This document shows positions 8,472-16,965 of a stretch of 32,000 bases of DNA, one piece after another. Position numbers and translations under genes: made by a program. Below the pieces are notes generated by a model. The model saw only the letters and a program-made list of their open reading frames with translations. It was not told the DNA's origin and ran no database searches. The DNA lies in the NCBI GenBank assembly GCA_000175855.1, contig ACYB01000047.1:67800-99799 (forward strand). Reading direction: 5' to 3'. The stretch comes from Raphidiopsis brookii D9 (lineage in GTDB: Bacteria > Cyanobacteriota > Cyanobacteriia > Cyanobacteriales > Nostocaceae). Every line of letters begins with the position of its first letter. Position 1 is the first letter of the stretch.

Positions 8472-9281
8472 ATGCAGCGTTCTTTTTGCCAAAAAATTCT
8501 AGTATCCATTGCAGTCTTTGTCTTTGGTGCATCCATTTGGGTGATGAACTCACCATTAGCTCTAGCATACGAAAATCCCGATTTGCTACCTGATACCTTT
8601 ACCCCAGTAGTTGACCTGGCGAAAACTTTACCCGATCCACAGGAAGAAAAGTTAGTAAAGGAATTAGAGCAGTTTGAGGTGGATACTGGCTGGAAGTTAC
8701 GGGTATTGACTCAATATGACCGAACTCCAGGGAGAGCAGTAATTAAATACTGGGGACTAGATGATAAAAGTATTCTCCTAGTTGCAGATGCACGTGGTGG
8801 TAACATTCTGAGTTTTAGTGTGGGAGATGCAGTTTATGAGCTCTTACCGCGTACATTTTGGATTGAATTACAAACTCGTTTTGGCAACCTCTATTTTGTG
8901 AGGGAGAATGGTGAAGATCAGGCTATTTTACAAGCACTAAATTCGGTTAAAGGTTGTTTAGCTCAGGGGGGTTGTAATGTGGTTCCCGGATTACCCAAAG
9001 AGCAATGGATACTTACGCTCATTACCTCAGCCATTGGCGGGATAATTTGCGGATTTGCAGCCCAACCTCGCAATGATAAACAAGTGTTTGCTTGGCAATG
9101 GGCGTTAATTTTTTCACCCTTGTGGGGAATTTTGTTTATTGCTTTTGGTATCGCTCCTGTGATTACCCGTACCAGTGATTGGGTTCCCTTGGTCCGCAAT
9201 ATTTCTGCCTTTTTGATAGGTCTGCTGGTGGCTTATCTTTCCCCCGTTTTTAGCCGTCCTGTTTCTAGGAATGAGTCTTAA
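8472..9281 (+). CDS. TPM-domain membrane protein (Psb32/TLP18.3-like)
   Basis: Signal-like N-terminus (ILVSIAVFVFGASIWVMNSPLALA). TPM-type core (L..L.E.EV.TGWKLRVLTQ...ILLVADARGGNIL). Two to three C-terminal TM helices. Confidence 0.75.
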   Translation: MQRSFCQKILVSIAVFVFGASIWVMNSPLALAYENPDLLPDTFTPVVDLAKTLPDPQEEKLVKELEQFEVDTGWKLRVLTQYDRTPGRAVIKYWGLDDKSILLVADARGGNILSFSVGDAVYELLPRTFWIELQTRFGNLYFVRENGEDQAILQALNSVKGCLAQGGCNVVPGLPKEQWILTLITSAIGGIICGFAAQPRNDKQVFAWQWALIFSPLWGILFIAFGIAPVITRTSDWVPLVRNISAFLIGLLVAYLSPVFSRPVSRNES

Positions 9282-9393
9282 ATTTGGGAATGGTGAAGTT
9301 GTTCATTTTTTCCTCACCCTGAATTTTGCCATAATTCAGTGTTTGTATTAATGATTGAATTTCACCATGCCGCCTGTTTTTAAAAACTATAGT

Positions 9394-10746
9394 TTAAAAA
9401 AGGCTATCAATAGTTTCGTAGTCATACTCTGCTAGAACTTCATTAAAAACTTCTGTAGCTGTATCTCCATCTAGTTCTAAATCTCCTGCTAATTGAGACC
9501 AATATTCATATTCTTCATCGGTGAAGTATTCATCAGCAAGAGCAAACTCCACAGACATTTGAAAAGCTTCTATTGCTGCATCTTCAGCAAGAATAATTTG
9601 TATGGCAGCATTATATAGCATTTCCAGTCCACCAATTTCTACTAGACTATCAATTTTTTCTTGCAGCAGTTCTGCATCAATCTCATAGGTTTCATACAGT
9701 CCCATCAATAACTCTGATTCTTCCTCAGACAGGTTATCCACAGACGCACCACATAAACAAATTACTGCGATCGCTTCTACTAGCGTTAAATAACAGCTTT
9801 CCTCTTCTTCTTGTTCCTCTTCTTCATAAAATTCTTCGTCAAAATCCTCATCCTCCTCAACCCAAACATCAGCAGTTAAATCAAAGTCTGTTGTCCCTTT
9901 AATTTTCCAGCATTCAAAGCATAGGTCTGGGTTGGTCATATACTCATAAGGAATATAGCAATATCCTGAGTCCCCCCATTCCTCACCCCAGGAATTACGG
10001 ACAATAAACACTTTAGCGCTATCTTTATATCCAACGCAAAGCATAGCGTGATTCCCATGTTGTTCTCTACCTTCATCGCTATTTAGATCTGGCATAGGAA
10101 CTCTACCCTGGGCTGTAACACGATCAAAAGATTTAAATAAAACTAGCCCAAAAATAAAAGGATATCCTTCCGCTAAACAGTGCTTCATTGAGTATATGTC
10201 AGGATTGACTTGCTCTGGAGTTTCCCATTGAAACTCATCAGTATTAATTAGTTTTGCAGCTTCAGTGTAAGCTTCACGACTAGGTTTGGTGTTGACGTTT
10301 TTAACTTTGCCATTTTCCGCTATCTGATAACCCCAAGTTGACTCATGACAAATACCCTGCTCTTGCAAACTAACTAATGCTAAGGAAATATTGCTTCCCT
10401 GGTCTTGAATTTTATCACGACCGGAAGCCTCGAGTCCTAGCAATCGTGCATTATAATATACAAAGAGACGACTGAAATCAATATCTTTGCCTACACGGTT
10501 CATTATATACTCATAGCCACCAACAACTGCATTTGCTGTACAACTGTTAGCAGCTGCTTGATTTTCTACAGGGGTCATAAAGGGACGGAGATCCACCTGT
10601 GCGGGTAGGTCTTCTTCATTAAACCTCTGTGTATTGTAGAGTTGAGAACCAGGAACTGTTGAAGCCGAGGAGCTACAACCACTAAGTGCTCTCCAGTCAC
10701 CTGTTTTGCGATCTACAACGTAGGATAATACAGCTTTTTTAGACAT
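9394..10746 (-). CDS. C1 (papain) family cysteine peptidase with acidic linker and C-terminal helical (TerB-like?) domain
   Basis: Catalytic residues appear in canonical order: Q/C in VENQAAANSCTANA, H in GNHAMLCVGY, N-S-W in VRNSWGEEWGDSGY. The D/E-rich linker is ...EEDEDFDEEFYEEEEQEEEE. A ~130-aa acidic all-helical C-terminal domain follows. Confidence 0.85.
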   Translation of the reverse strand: MSKKAVLSYVVDRKTGDWRALSGCSSSASTVPGSQLYNTQRFNEEDLPAQVDLRPFMTPVENQAAANSCTANAVVGGYEYIMNRVGKDIDFSRLFVYYNARLLGLEASGRDKIQDQGSNISLALVSLQEQGICHESTWGYQIAENGKVKNVNTKPSREAYTEAAKLINTDEFQWETPEQVNPDIYSMKHCLAEGYPFIFGLVLFKSFDRVTAQGRVPMPDLNSDEGREQHGNHAMLCVGYKDSAKVFIVRNSWGEEWGDSGYCYIPYEYMTNPDLCFECWKIKGTTDFDLTADVWVEEDEDFDEEFYEEEEQEEEESCYLTLVEAIAVICLCGASVDNLSEEESELLMGLYETYEIDAELLQEKIDSLVEIGGLEMLYNAAIQIILAEDAAIEAFQMSVEFALADEYFTDEEYEYWSQLAGDLELDGDTATEVFNEVLAEYDYETIDSLF

Positions 10747-10859
10747 AAACTCTGATGTGGATTGCTCACAAAAATAATTATCAAAATTTTATATTAGCTA
10801 TGCTACGAAAAATTTGTAATTCCTCAATAATTCCTAGTAGATTCTGTAACCTCATGCTT

Positions 10860-11495
10860 TTAATAACGATTAATCACTTCCAGCAGTTCCCAGGGATGAT
10901 CAATCAAAAAGTCAGGATTTTCCCTAGCTAGTGCTTCAGGAGAATTAAACCCCCAAGTAACTGCTATGACTTGCACATGTGCCTTTTTTGCAGCTTCTAT
11001 GTCTCTAATTTCATCACCTACATAAATGACAGTCTCGGGCTTAATTTGTCTTTGTTTAATTACATTACTCATGATAGTATTCTTACCAAAAATTGTTACC
11101 CCTGAATGAACAAATTCAAATAGATTGTCTAACTGATGACACTTGAGAAATTCATGGACATTCTCTTGTGCATTAGAGGTAATAATTCCTAATTTATATC
11201 CCTGATTACTTAGCTCTCTTAGTGCTTCAGGAATTTCTGGTATGGGTTGTACATTCTTGATTTTATTTTTTAATTCTCCTTTCACTCTTTTAACTAAAAA
11301 GGGTATTTTAAATAGGGATATACCTGAATACTTAATAATTTGTCTAGCAGTTAAATTTCTTAATAGTTTTAATTCATTAGCAGATATTTGCATATAGCCA
11401 AACTCCCGGGCTAGACGATTAGCAATTGTTACCAAAGCGTCTAATGTATCTGCAATTGTGCCATCAAAGTCAAAGATGATTACTTTTTGAGTCAT
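10860..11495 (-). CDS. HAD-superfamily hydrolase (phosphoglycolate-phosphatase-like, subfamily IA)
   Basis: The HAD motifs are present: IIFDFDGTIADT, ITSN, YVGDEIRDIEAA. Confidence 0.85.
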   Translation of the reverse strand: MTQKVIIFDFDGTIADTLDALVTIANRLAREFGYMQISANELKLLRNLTARQIIKYSGISLFKIPFLVKRVKGELKNKIKNVQPIPEIPEALRELSNQGYKLGIITSNAQENVHEFLKCHQLDNLFEFVHSGVTIFGKNTIMSNVIKQRQIKPETVIYVGDEIRDIEAAKKAHVQVIAVTWGFNSPEALARENPDFLIDHPWELLEVINRY

Positions 11496-12441
11496 TATTT
11501 AGTTTCAACGTAGTAAGATTGGCACGAGCATTTTTACGTAACATTCCTGGTTTAATCCGTCTCAAAGCTGATGCAGAGAATTTTTCATTCCATTGCTCAT
11601 CAGTGATCTCCGATAATTCTACCAGCTTGGGAGCTAAATTTCCCGGGTAGGGATGAAAATCTACCACATCTGTTATCTGGGAAAACCGCTGATTCCAAGG
11701 ACAAACATCTTGACAAATATCACAACCAGCAACCCATCCTTGTAAATTTCTTTCTATGGTTATTGGCAGGGTTTCTCCTCTATTTTCAATAGTATGATAG
11801 GCAATACACTTATTGGCATCTACAACAAATGGCTGAGCAATTGCTTCTGTTGGACAAGCTTCTATACATCTGTTACAAGTACCACAGTGTTGGGTAGCTG
11901 GAGTATCTCCCTCTAATTCTAGATTAGTTAATACCTCACCTAAAAATACCCAGGAACCATATTCCCTGGTTATCACATTACCGTTTTTGCCAATCCAGCC
12001 AATACCCGCTTTCTCAGCCCAAACTTTGTCCTGTATGGGTCCTGTATCGGCATAATATCTGGCTTTTATACCCTCACCCTTTGATTCCAACCAGGTAGCC
12101 AATTGTTTGAGCTTTTTATGTAGAATCCTATGATAATCTCTCCCCCACCCATAACGGGATATTTTCCCATACTCTACCCCTTGAGGACGGGGATGGGGTG
12201 TATAATAGTTTATCGCTACACAAACGAGCGATCGCACTTCTGGCATAACTAATTTTATGTCTTCTCGTTTTGGATTGGTCATCCAATCCATGTCAGCATG
12301 ATAACCCAGACTTATCCATTTCCTCAATCTTTCCTTTTCTTTGCTTTCCCCCAATACAACTGCGACACCAACTTTGTGGAATCCTAATTTGTAGGCTTTT
12401 TCTTTAATGGTATGAGTACTTAAGCTAGTTAAATAAGACAT
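11470..12441 (-). CDS. queG: Epoxyqueuosine reductase QueG
   Basis: Two 4Fe-4S ferredoxin motifs (CGTCNRCIEACPTEA and CDICQDVCPWN) together with the QueG N-terminal pattern (LGFHKVGVA...). The 3' end overlaps the HAD gene start by 26 nt. Confidence 0.9.
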   Translation of the reverse strand: MSYLTSLSTHTIKEKAYKLGFHKVGVAVVLGESKEKERLRKWISLGYHADMDWMTNPKREDIKLVMPEVRSLVCVAINYYTPHPRPQGVEYGKISRYGWGRDYHRILHKKLKQLATWLESKGEGIKARYYADTGPIQDKVWAEKAGIGWIGKNGNVITREYGSWVFLGEVLTNLELEGDTPATQHCGTCNRCIEACPTEAIAQPFVVDANKCIAYHTIENRGETLPITIERNLQGWVAGCDICQDVCPWNQRFSQITDVVDFHPYPGNLAPKLVELSEITDEQWNEKFSASALRRIKPGMLRKNARANLTTLKLNNDSKSNHL

Positions 12442-12520
12442 GATGAGGTAGGAATTAGGTGGGTGAGATTAAAGTTTGGAGTATAATAGTAGAGTTATTC
12501 CTAAGCAAGGATGAAAAACA

Positions 12521-13249
12521 GTGAACCAAGCGGAAATTAGTACTCTCATTAAACAACAACTGAAACAACTAATTGTGGAAGACCCTGTGATCAAGAATTT
12601 GATTTTAGGTTCCATGTCGCAATATTATATTGGAAGACAAGACGCGGATAGTAAATTCGACCGGACCCTGGCACAATTGCAATCTTACCAGGAAGAGCAG
12701 AATCGTAAATGGGAAGAGCAGAATCGCCACAATCGTGAAATCATGGCACAATTGCAGTCTTACCAGGAAGAGCAGAATCGTAAGTGGGAAGAGCAAAATC
12801 GCCACAATCTGCAAGTTTTGGAAGAAATTAAACAAATGAACCGGAAACATGAAAGTACAGTTGGTTCCCTAGGTTCGCGATGGGGATTATCGTCAGAAGC
12901 AAGCTTCAGAAATGGACTAAAAGGAATTTTAAAAGATTCTTTTGGCGTAGAAGTGTTGAATTTCCTTGATTTCGACAATGAAGGAGAGGTTTTTGGCAGA
13001 CCGGACCAGGTGGAAATAGATGTGATTATCAAAAATGGTTTGATAATTTTATGTGAAATTAAATCCTCGATTGACAAAGCAGGAATGTATATTTTTGATC
13101 GGAAAGTAGCATTTTATGAAAAACATCATCAAAGAAGAGTTGATCGCAAATTAGTAATTTCCCCCATGGTAGACCCAAGAGCTTTGCCAGTAGCACAAAA
13201 CTTGGGAATTGAGATTTACAGCTATGCTGAAGATGTAAATAGCATTTAG
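12521..13249 (+). CDS. Coiled-coil plus PD-(D/E)XK-like nuclease-fold protein (DUF3782-like)
   Basis: GTG start. The N-terminal region is repetitive and Q/E/N-rich. The C-terminal segment ...RPDQVEIDVIIKNGLIILCEIKSS... fits a D...(D/E)xK restriction-endonuclease-like core. The family name is from memory. Confidence 0.65.
   Translation: MNQAEISTLIKQQLKQLIVEDPVIKNLILGSMSQYYIGRQDADSKFDRTLAQLQSYQEEQNRKWEEQNRHNREIMAQLQSYQEEQNRKWEEQNRHNLQVLEEIKQMNRKHESTVGSLGSRWGLSSEASFRNGLKGILKDSFGVEVLNFLDFDNEGEVFGRPDQVEIDVIIKNGLIILCEIKSSIDKAGMYIFDRKVAFYEKHHQRRVDRKLVISPMVDPRALPVAQNLGIEIYSYAEDVNSI
12671..12820 (+). repeat. Intragenic 75-bp tandem duplication (2 copies)
   Basis: Copy 1 starts at 12671 and copy 2 at 12746. 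The first 64 nt of each copy differ at only 3 positions. Both copies encode AQLQSYQEEQNRKWEEQNRHN. Confidence 0.9.
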
Positions 13250-13388
13250 TCCACACTGAAAACTGCCAAATAACGAAACAGCATTGTTTTATCTAACTCA
13301 ATATTCGAAAGCGCCCATTGCCAATCTGGATGAGCTGTCATTAATCAATTTTCTAATGTTTCCCGGTCGAAAAGATGATACAGCATGA

Positions 13389-13814
13389 TTAACTTCCGCA
13401 TAAGGGAATGGTCGTTTCCAGCTTGAGACAGTTAGCACCATTGACCTGTAAATGATATTCAACCTTATCCATCAACCGATTCATAATCAGCCAACCATAG
13501 CCACCTTCTTGTTTTTGTTCAGGATGGGGAGGGAAGTAGGTGGTTATATCAAAACCATGTCCATAGTCCCAAACTTCAATACCTAGTTTCTGATCTGTCA
13601 GTTCCAGACGCAATAGAATTGGCAAATTTGGTTTATCTTTATGAGCATGGCGAACCGCATTTGAATATGCTTCAACCAGCGCAAGACGTAAACGAAGGGA
13701 TTCGCTTGACCAATCCAGAGAATTCCTCAAATGTTGTTTTAAGTATGCCAACAACCAGCTTTCAACTGTGTTGACAAAACTTAAATCACTGGGTACATAA
13801 AGTTCACTTTTCAT
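13389..13814 (-). CDS. Anti-sigma regulatory factor, HATPase-type Ser/Thr kinase (RsbW/SpoIIAB-like)
   Basis: 141 aa with an N box (EAYSNAVRHA), a G1 box (DYGHGF) and a G2 box (GGYGW). The ATG lies 3 nt after the upstream PP2C stop. Confidence 0.85.
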   Translation of the reverse strand: MKSELYVPSDLSFVNTVESWLLAYLKQHLRNSLDWSSESLRLRLALVEAYSNAVRHAHKDKPNLPILLRLELTDQKLGIEVWDYGHGFDITTYFPPHPEQKQEGGYGWLIMNRLMDKVEYHLQVNGANCLKLETTIPLCGS

Positions 13815-13817
13815 CGT

Positions 13818-15503
13818 TTACAAAATTTCCAGAGAGAGAATGGTCTGATCATCTTCTTGAACAGGATTATCGCTTTGAACTCGAGCGATTAGCTGTTCAA
13901 GAGACAAAGGTTGAGGTTGTTCCCGTATAAGTTGCCAAATACCTTCTTTATTTAGTATAGACCAAGTTAGCGCCTGAGTGCCACTGTTATTTTTAATTAG
14001 TGATTTAGGCCTTATTGTTACTTTTGCTTCCGTAATACCGTCGCTCAGAAGTAGAAGGGTGTCTTTGGGAGCGAGAATTAATCTACCAGACTGTGATGAC
14101 AGCTCAGGGAAAATCCCCAGAGGTACACTGCGGGTTGTGAGATATTGAGGTTCAGCTAAAGAGGCTGGATATGACCATAAGAGGGGATAAATGTGTCCAG
14201 CATTGGCGTATATGAATTCTCGAGTAGTTTTATTATATTTGGCAATGACAAGAGTAATTAAATAATTTACACTGATTAGGTCTTCAGCTAGAGCATAGTT
14301 GAGATTTTGCAACACAATATTTGGCGGTGGTGGTGATTCCTGAGATAATTCACGACGCAAAAGAGAAATAGCACTGGCCATAAATAAAGCTGCAGGTACA
14401 CCCTTACCAGAAACATCACCTACTGCTAACCACAGTTCACCAGATGGATGGAGAAACACCTCAAAAAAAATCTCCCCCACTTCTCGTGCAGGGTAACAGC
14501 ACGCCTGTATTTTCAACCCGTCAATTTTTGGTAAAGTTTGACGCAGCAGATTATTTTGAATTTGACGTGCTACTTGCAGTTCTTGGCGAGTCTGTTCTTG
14601 TTTCTCTTTTAAGCTTTGGTCAAGCCTGGCCTGGGAAAGGGTCAGAGATGCTTGTTTTGCTACATCTCCAATCAGTTCTATATCCTCTTGCTCCCATGGT
14701 GTTTCTACAGTGCATTTACACAAGGTCATTACGGCTAGTAAATCATCCTGATAACAAAAGGGAACTATTAAATAATGTAAATAATGAGCGTGATTGACCT
14801 TATCTGTATATTGAACTACTTGATATTTTTTTCCCAATATAATTTTTTGAATTAGGCTTAATGACTCCTTGGGTAAGTCAGGGGTTAGACAATCAAGGTC
14901 ACAGTATAAAAATATAGCTGTTGTTAGGATATCACCTTCCACTAACCTTAACAAACAACTACTAGCTGCAAATTTTTCTCCAATTGTAGCTACCATTTTA
15001 TCAAGGGTACTTGTATAACTATGGGAATCTCTAAGTATCTTAGTAATGGCATTAAATAAAGACTCTCTCTTCAAAGCCTGACGTAACTCTCTCGTGCGAG
15101 TTTTTAATAAATTGTAAGTATCCCTTCCCTGTTCAACTAATGCTCTAAGTTGTTGGGGGTTCCATGGTTTGGTAATATATTTGAATACTCGACCTGAGTT
15201 AATTGCATCTACTAAATCTTCAACATCAGTATAAGCAGTAAGAAGAATGCGAATGGTATCAGGAAAACGTTCAACAATTTGACTAAGAAATTCTGTACCC
15301 TTCATATCTGGCATTCTTTGGTCAGAAATAATCACTGACATTTCTCCCACCTGATCCAAGATAGTCCAAGCATGACTGACACTGTTAGCTTTATAGACTT
15401 CAAAATCACGCCAGAAAGTGCGATATACCAGGTCTAGATTGTCCGGTTCATCATCTACCACCATTAATTTAGGTTTTTGCACATCATTGTCATAGTTAAC
15501 CAT
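13818..15503 (-). CDS. Response-regulator receiver - GAF - PP2C/SpoIIE phosphatase
   Basis: Receiver motifs: VVDDEPDN, ISDQRMPDMKG, LLTAY, TKPW. A central GAF-like region of about 140 aa follows. PP2C motifs: GDVSGKG, LLSDGITE, EDDQTILSLE. The first PP2C motif is aberrant (VGEIFFE instead of GGDxxD; see findings). Confidence 0.9.
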   Translation of the reverse strand: MVNYDNDVQKPKLMVVDDEPDNLDLVYRTFWRDFEVYKANSVSHAWTILDQVGEMSVIISDQRMPDMKGTEFLSQIVERFPDTIRILLTAYTDVEDLVDAINSGRVFKYITKPWNPQQLRALVEQGRDTYNLLKTRTRELRQALKRESLFNAITKILRDSHSYTSTLDKMVATIGEKFAASSCLLRLVEGDILTTAIFLYCDLDCLTPDLPKESLSLIQKIILGKKYQVVQYTDKVNHAHYLHYLIVPFCYQDDLLAVMTLCKCTVETPWEQEDIELIGDVAKQASLTLSQARLDQSLKEKQEQTRQELQVARQIQNNLLRQTLPKIDGLKIQACCYPAREVGEIFFEVFLHPSGELWLAVGDVSGKGVPAALFMASAISLLRRELSQESPPPPNIVLQNLNYALAEDLISVNYLITLVIAKYNKTTREFIYANAGHIYPLLWSYPASLAEPQYLTTRSVPLGIFPELSSQSGRLILAPKDTLLLLSDGITEAKVTIRPKSLIKNNSGTQALTWSILNKEGIWQLIREQPQPLSLEQLIARVQSDNPVQEDDQTILSLEIL

Positions 15504-15650
15504 ACTACTGAGCTGAAAAAGTGGAGGTCAGGACGGGAAAAAACTCCCAGCTTTTTGGGACTAAAATCGTCAAAAGTTTCCGAAAAATTGGATAAACTAG
15601 TGTAAAGTTTGGTGTGAGCTTAAGTTTAGTCTAATTTAAAATACAATGTT

Positions 15651-16394
15651 ATGTTAACCTATCAGTCACCTGAAAAATTCCCCGTTTTGGGGTTACCAGT
15701 TCATCTGGTGGAAAATTACCCCTATTGGTTAGTAGAGTCTCTTCAGCAGGGTAGAGGAGCCCATGTGGTGACTCTCAATGCGGAAATGACTATGCAAGCT
15801 AGACGGAACCCAAGTTTGTCCACGGTTATTGAAAACGCTGACCTCGTTATCCCAGATGGCGCAGGAGTGGTATTATATCTACGTTTCATACTCAAACAGC
15901 AGGTAAAACGTTTTCCCGGTATTGAACTAGCAGAAGGTCTACTCCAAGAACTGGGTAGAAAAGCAACATCTACAAAGGTATTTTTTTATGGCGGATCGCC
16001 AGGAGTAGCAGCTAAAGCTGCGGATTTTTGGCAAAAACAAGTTCCTAATTTAAATTTTGTTGGTACTCACTCTGGATATCATTCCCCAGAAACTGAAAAA
16101 ATATTACTAGAGACTTTAACTGAGTTACAACCTCAAGTCATTTTTGTAGGCTTAGGAGTTCCTCGTCAAGAACTATGGATCGCTAAAAACCGTAGTCTGT
16201 GTCCTCAGGCGGTTTGGATTGGGGTGGGCGGTAGTTTTGATATTTGGTCTGGTGGCAAAAACCGCGCACCCCAATGGTTGGCAAATAATAATTTAGAATG
16301 GCTTTATCGTTTATATCAAGAACCTTGGCGATGGCGTCGAATGCTGGCTTTACCAGAGTTCTTATTTCAGTCTCTAATCTCAAAAGGTCATTAA
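15651..16394 (+). CDS. WecB/TagA/CpsF-family glycosyltransferase
   Basis: VVTLNAEMTM...ADLVIPDGAGVV...FFYGG...VGLGVPRQELWI...EWLYRL is the characteristic family pattern. Confidence 0.85.
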   Translation: MLTYQSPEKFPVLGLPVHLVENYPYWLVESLQQGRGAHVVTLNAEMTMQARRNPSLSTVIENADLVIPDGAGVVLYLRFILKQQVKRFPGIELAEGLLQELGRKATSTKVFFYGGSPGVAAKAADFWQKQVPNLNFVGTHSGYHSPETEKILLETLTELQPQVIFVGLGVPRQELWIAKNRSLCPQAVWIGVGGSFDIWSGGKNRAPQWLANNNLEWLYRLYQEPWRWRRMLALPEFLFQSLISKGH

Positions 16395-16427
16395 AATGGA
16401 AATGCCCACATACGTAACTAATCAAGG

Positions 16428-16964
16428 TTACTTACTATCCTTGAGCCGAATATCAATCACGGAAGCGTTGAAATTGTAGTTAAACCCTTCCAGTTCAAAA
16501 GGCATGCCAATTTTTACTTTACTATTACCCAAGACTGGGCCATTGTCCGTAACTTGTGCTTTCCCCTCTAAGGTCAGTAGAAAATCCGTGCTAAAATTAT
16601 TACTTCTCGGATCTGGCAATTCTTTAATTGAACCATCTGGTTGGGGTACTAAGATGGTTCTTTTTAACTCCTCGATGGATTTAATCCCAATTTGTCCGTA
16701 GGGTTGATTACGAATAATTACGTTAGTTTTGCCGCCTTTGGTAAATCCCTGTTTAAATAGTTGCTGGCTATCTCGGACATTTAAACCCCTTACTATTAGG
16801 TCTACTTCTATGGGAACTGTTTTCGTACCTATCTGAGCTATGGAACCAGAAGTCCCAGGAAACACAAAAATGCCAATTATCACTAGTAATATTACCAGTG
16901 CTGCACTTAGATCTAGAAAGTTAATTTTACCGAATAGCCGCCCTTTGGCATCTAGAATATTCAT
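16428..16964 (-). CDS. DUF4330-domain protein
   Basis: MNILDAKGRLFGKINFLDLSAALVILLVIIGIF... resembles the conserved cyanobacterial DUF4330 family (name from memory). The ATG at 16964 lies 1 nt after the ankyrin gene stop (16966-16968). Confidence 0.7.
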   Translation of the reverse strand: MNILDAKGRLFGKINFLDLSAALVILLVIIGIFVFPGTSGSIAQIGTKTVPIEVDLIVRGLNVRDSQQLFKQGFTKGGKTNVIIRNQPYGQIGIKSIEELKRTILVPQPDGSIKELPDPRSNNFSTDFLLTLEGKAQVTDNGPVLGNSKVKIGMPFELEGFNYNFNASVIDIRLKDSK

Positions 16965-16965
16965 T

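Noticed and set aside
10675-10689. Lipobox-like A-L-S-G-C at residues 20-24 of the C1 peptidase.
   Set aside because: The preceding segment (MSKKAVLSYVVDRKTGDWR) is charged, not a hydrophobic signal h-region. A lipoprotein signal is therefore unlikely.
13250-13388. Mini-ORFs directly after the rsbW-like stop (MLYHLFDRETLEN*, then in-frame MTAHPDWQWALSNIELDK...), considered as the remnant of a missing STAS antagonist.
   Set aside because: The sequence has no STAS-like pattern. The space (139 nt) is too short, and part of it overlaps the convergent gene's 3' end.
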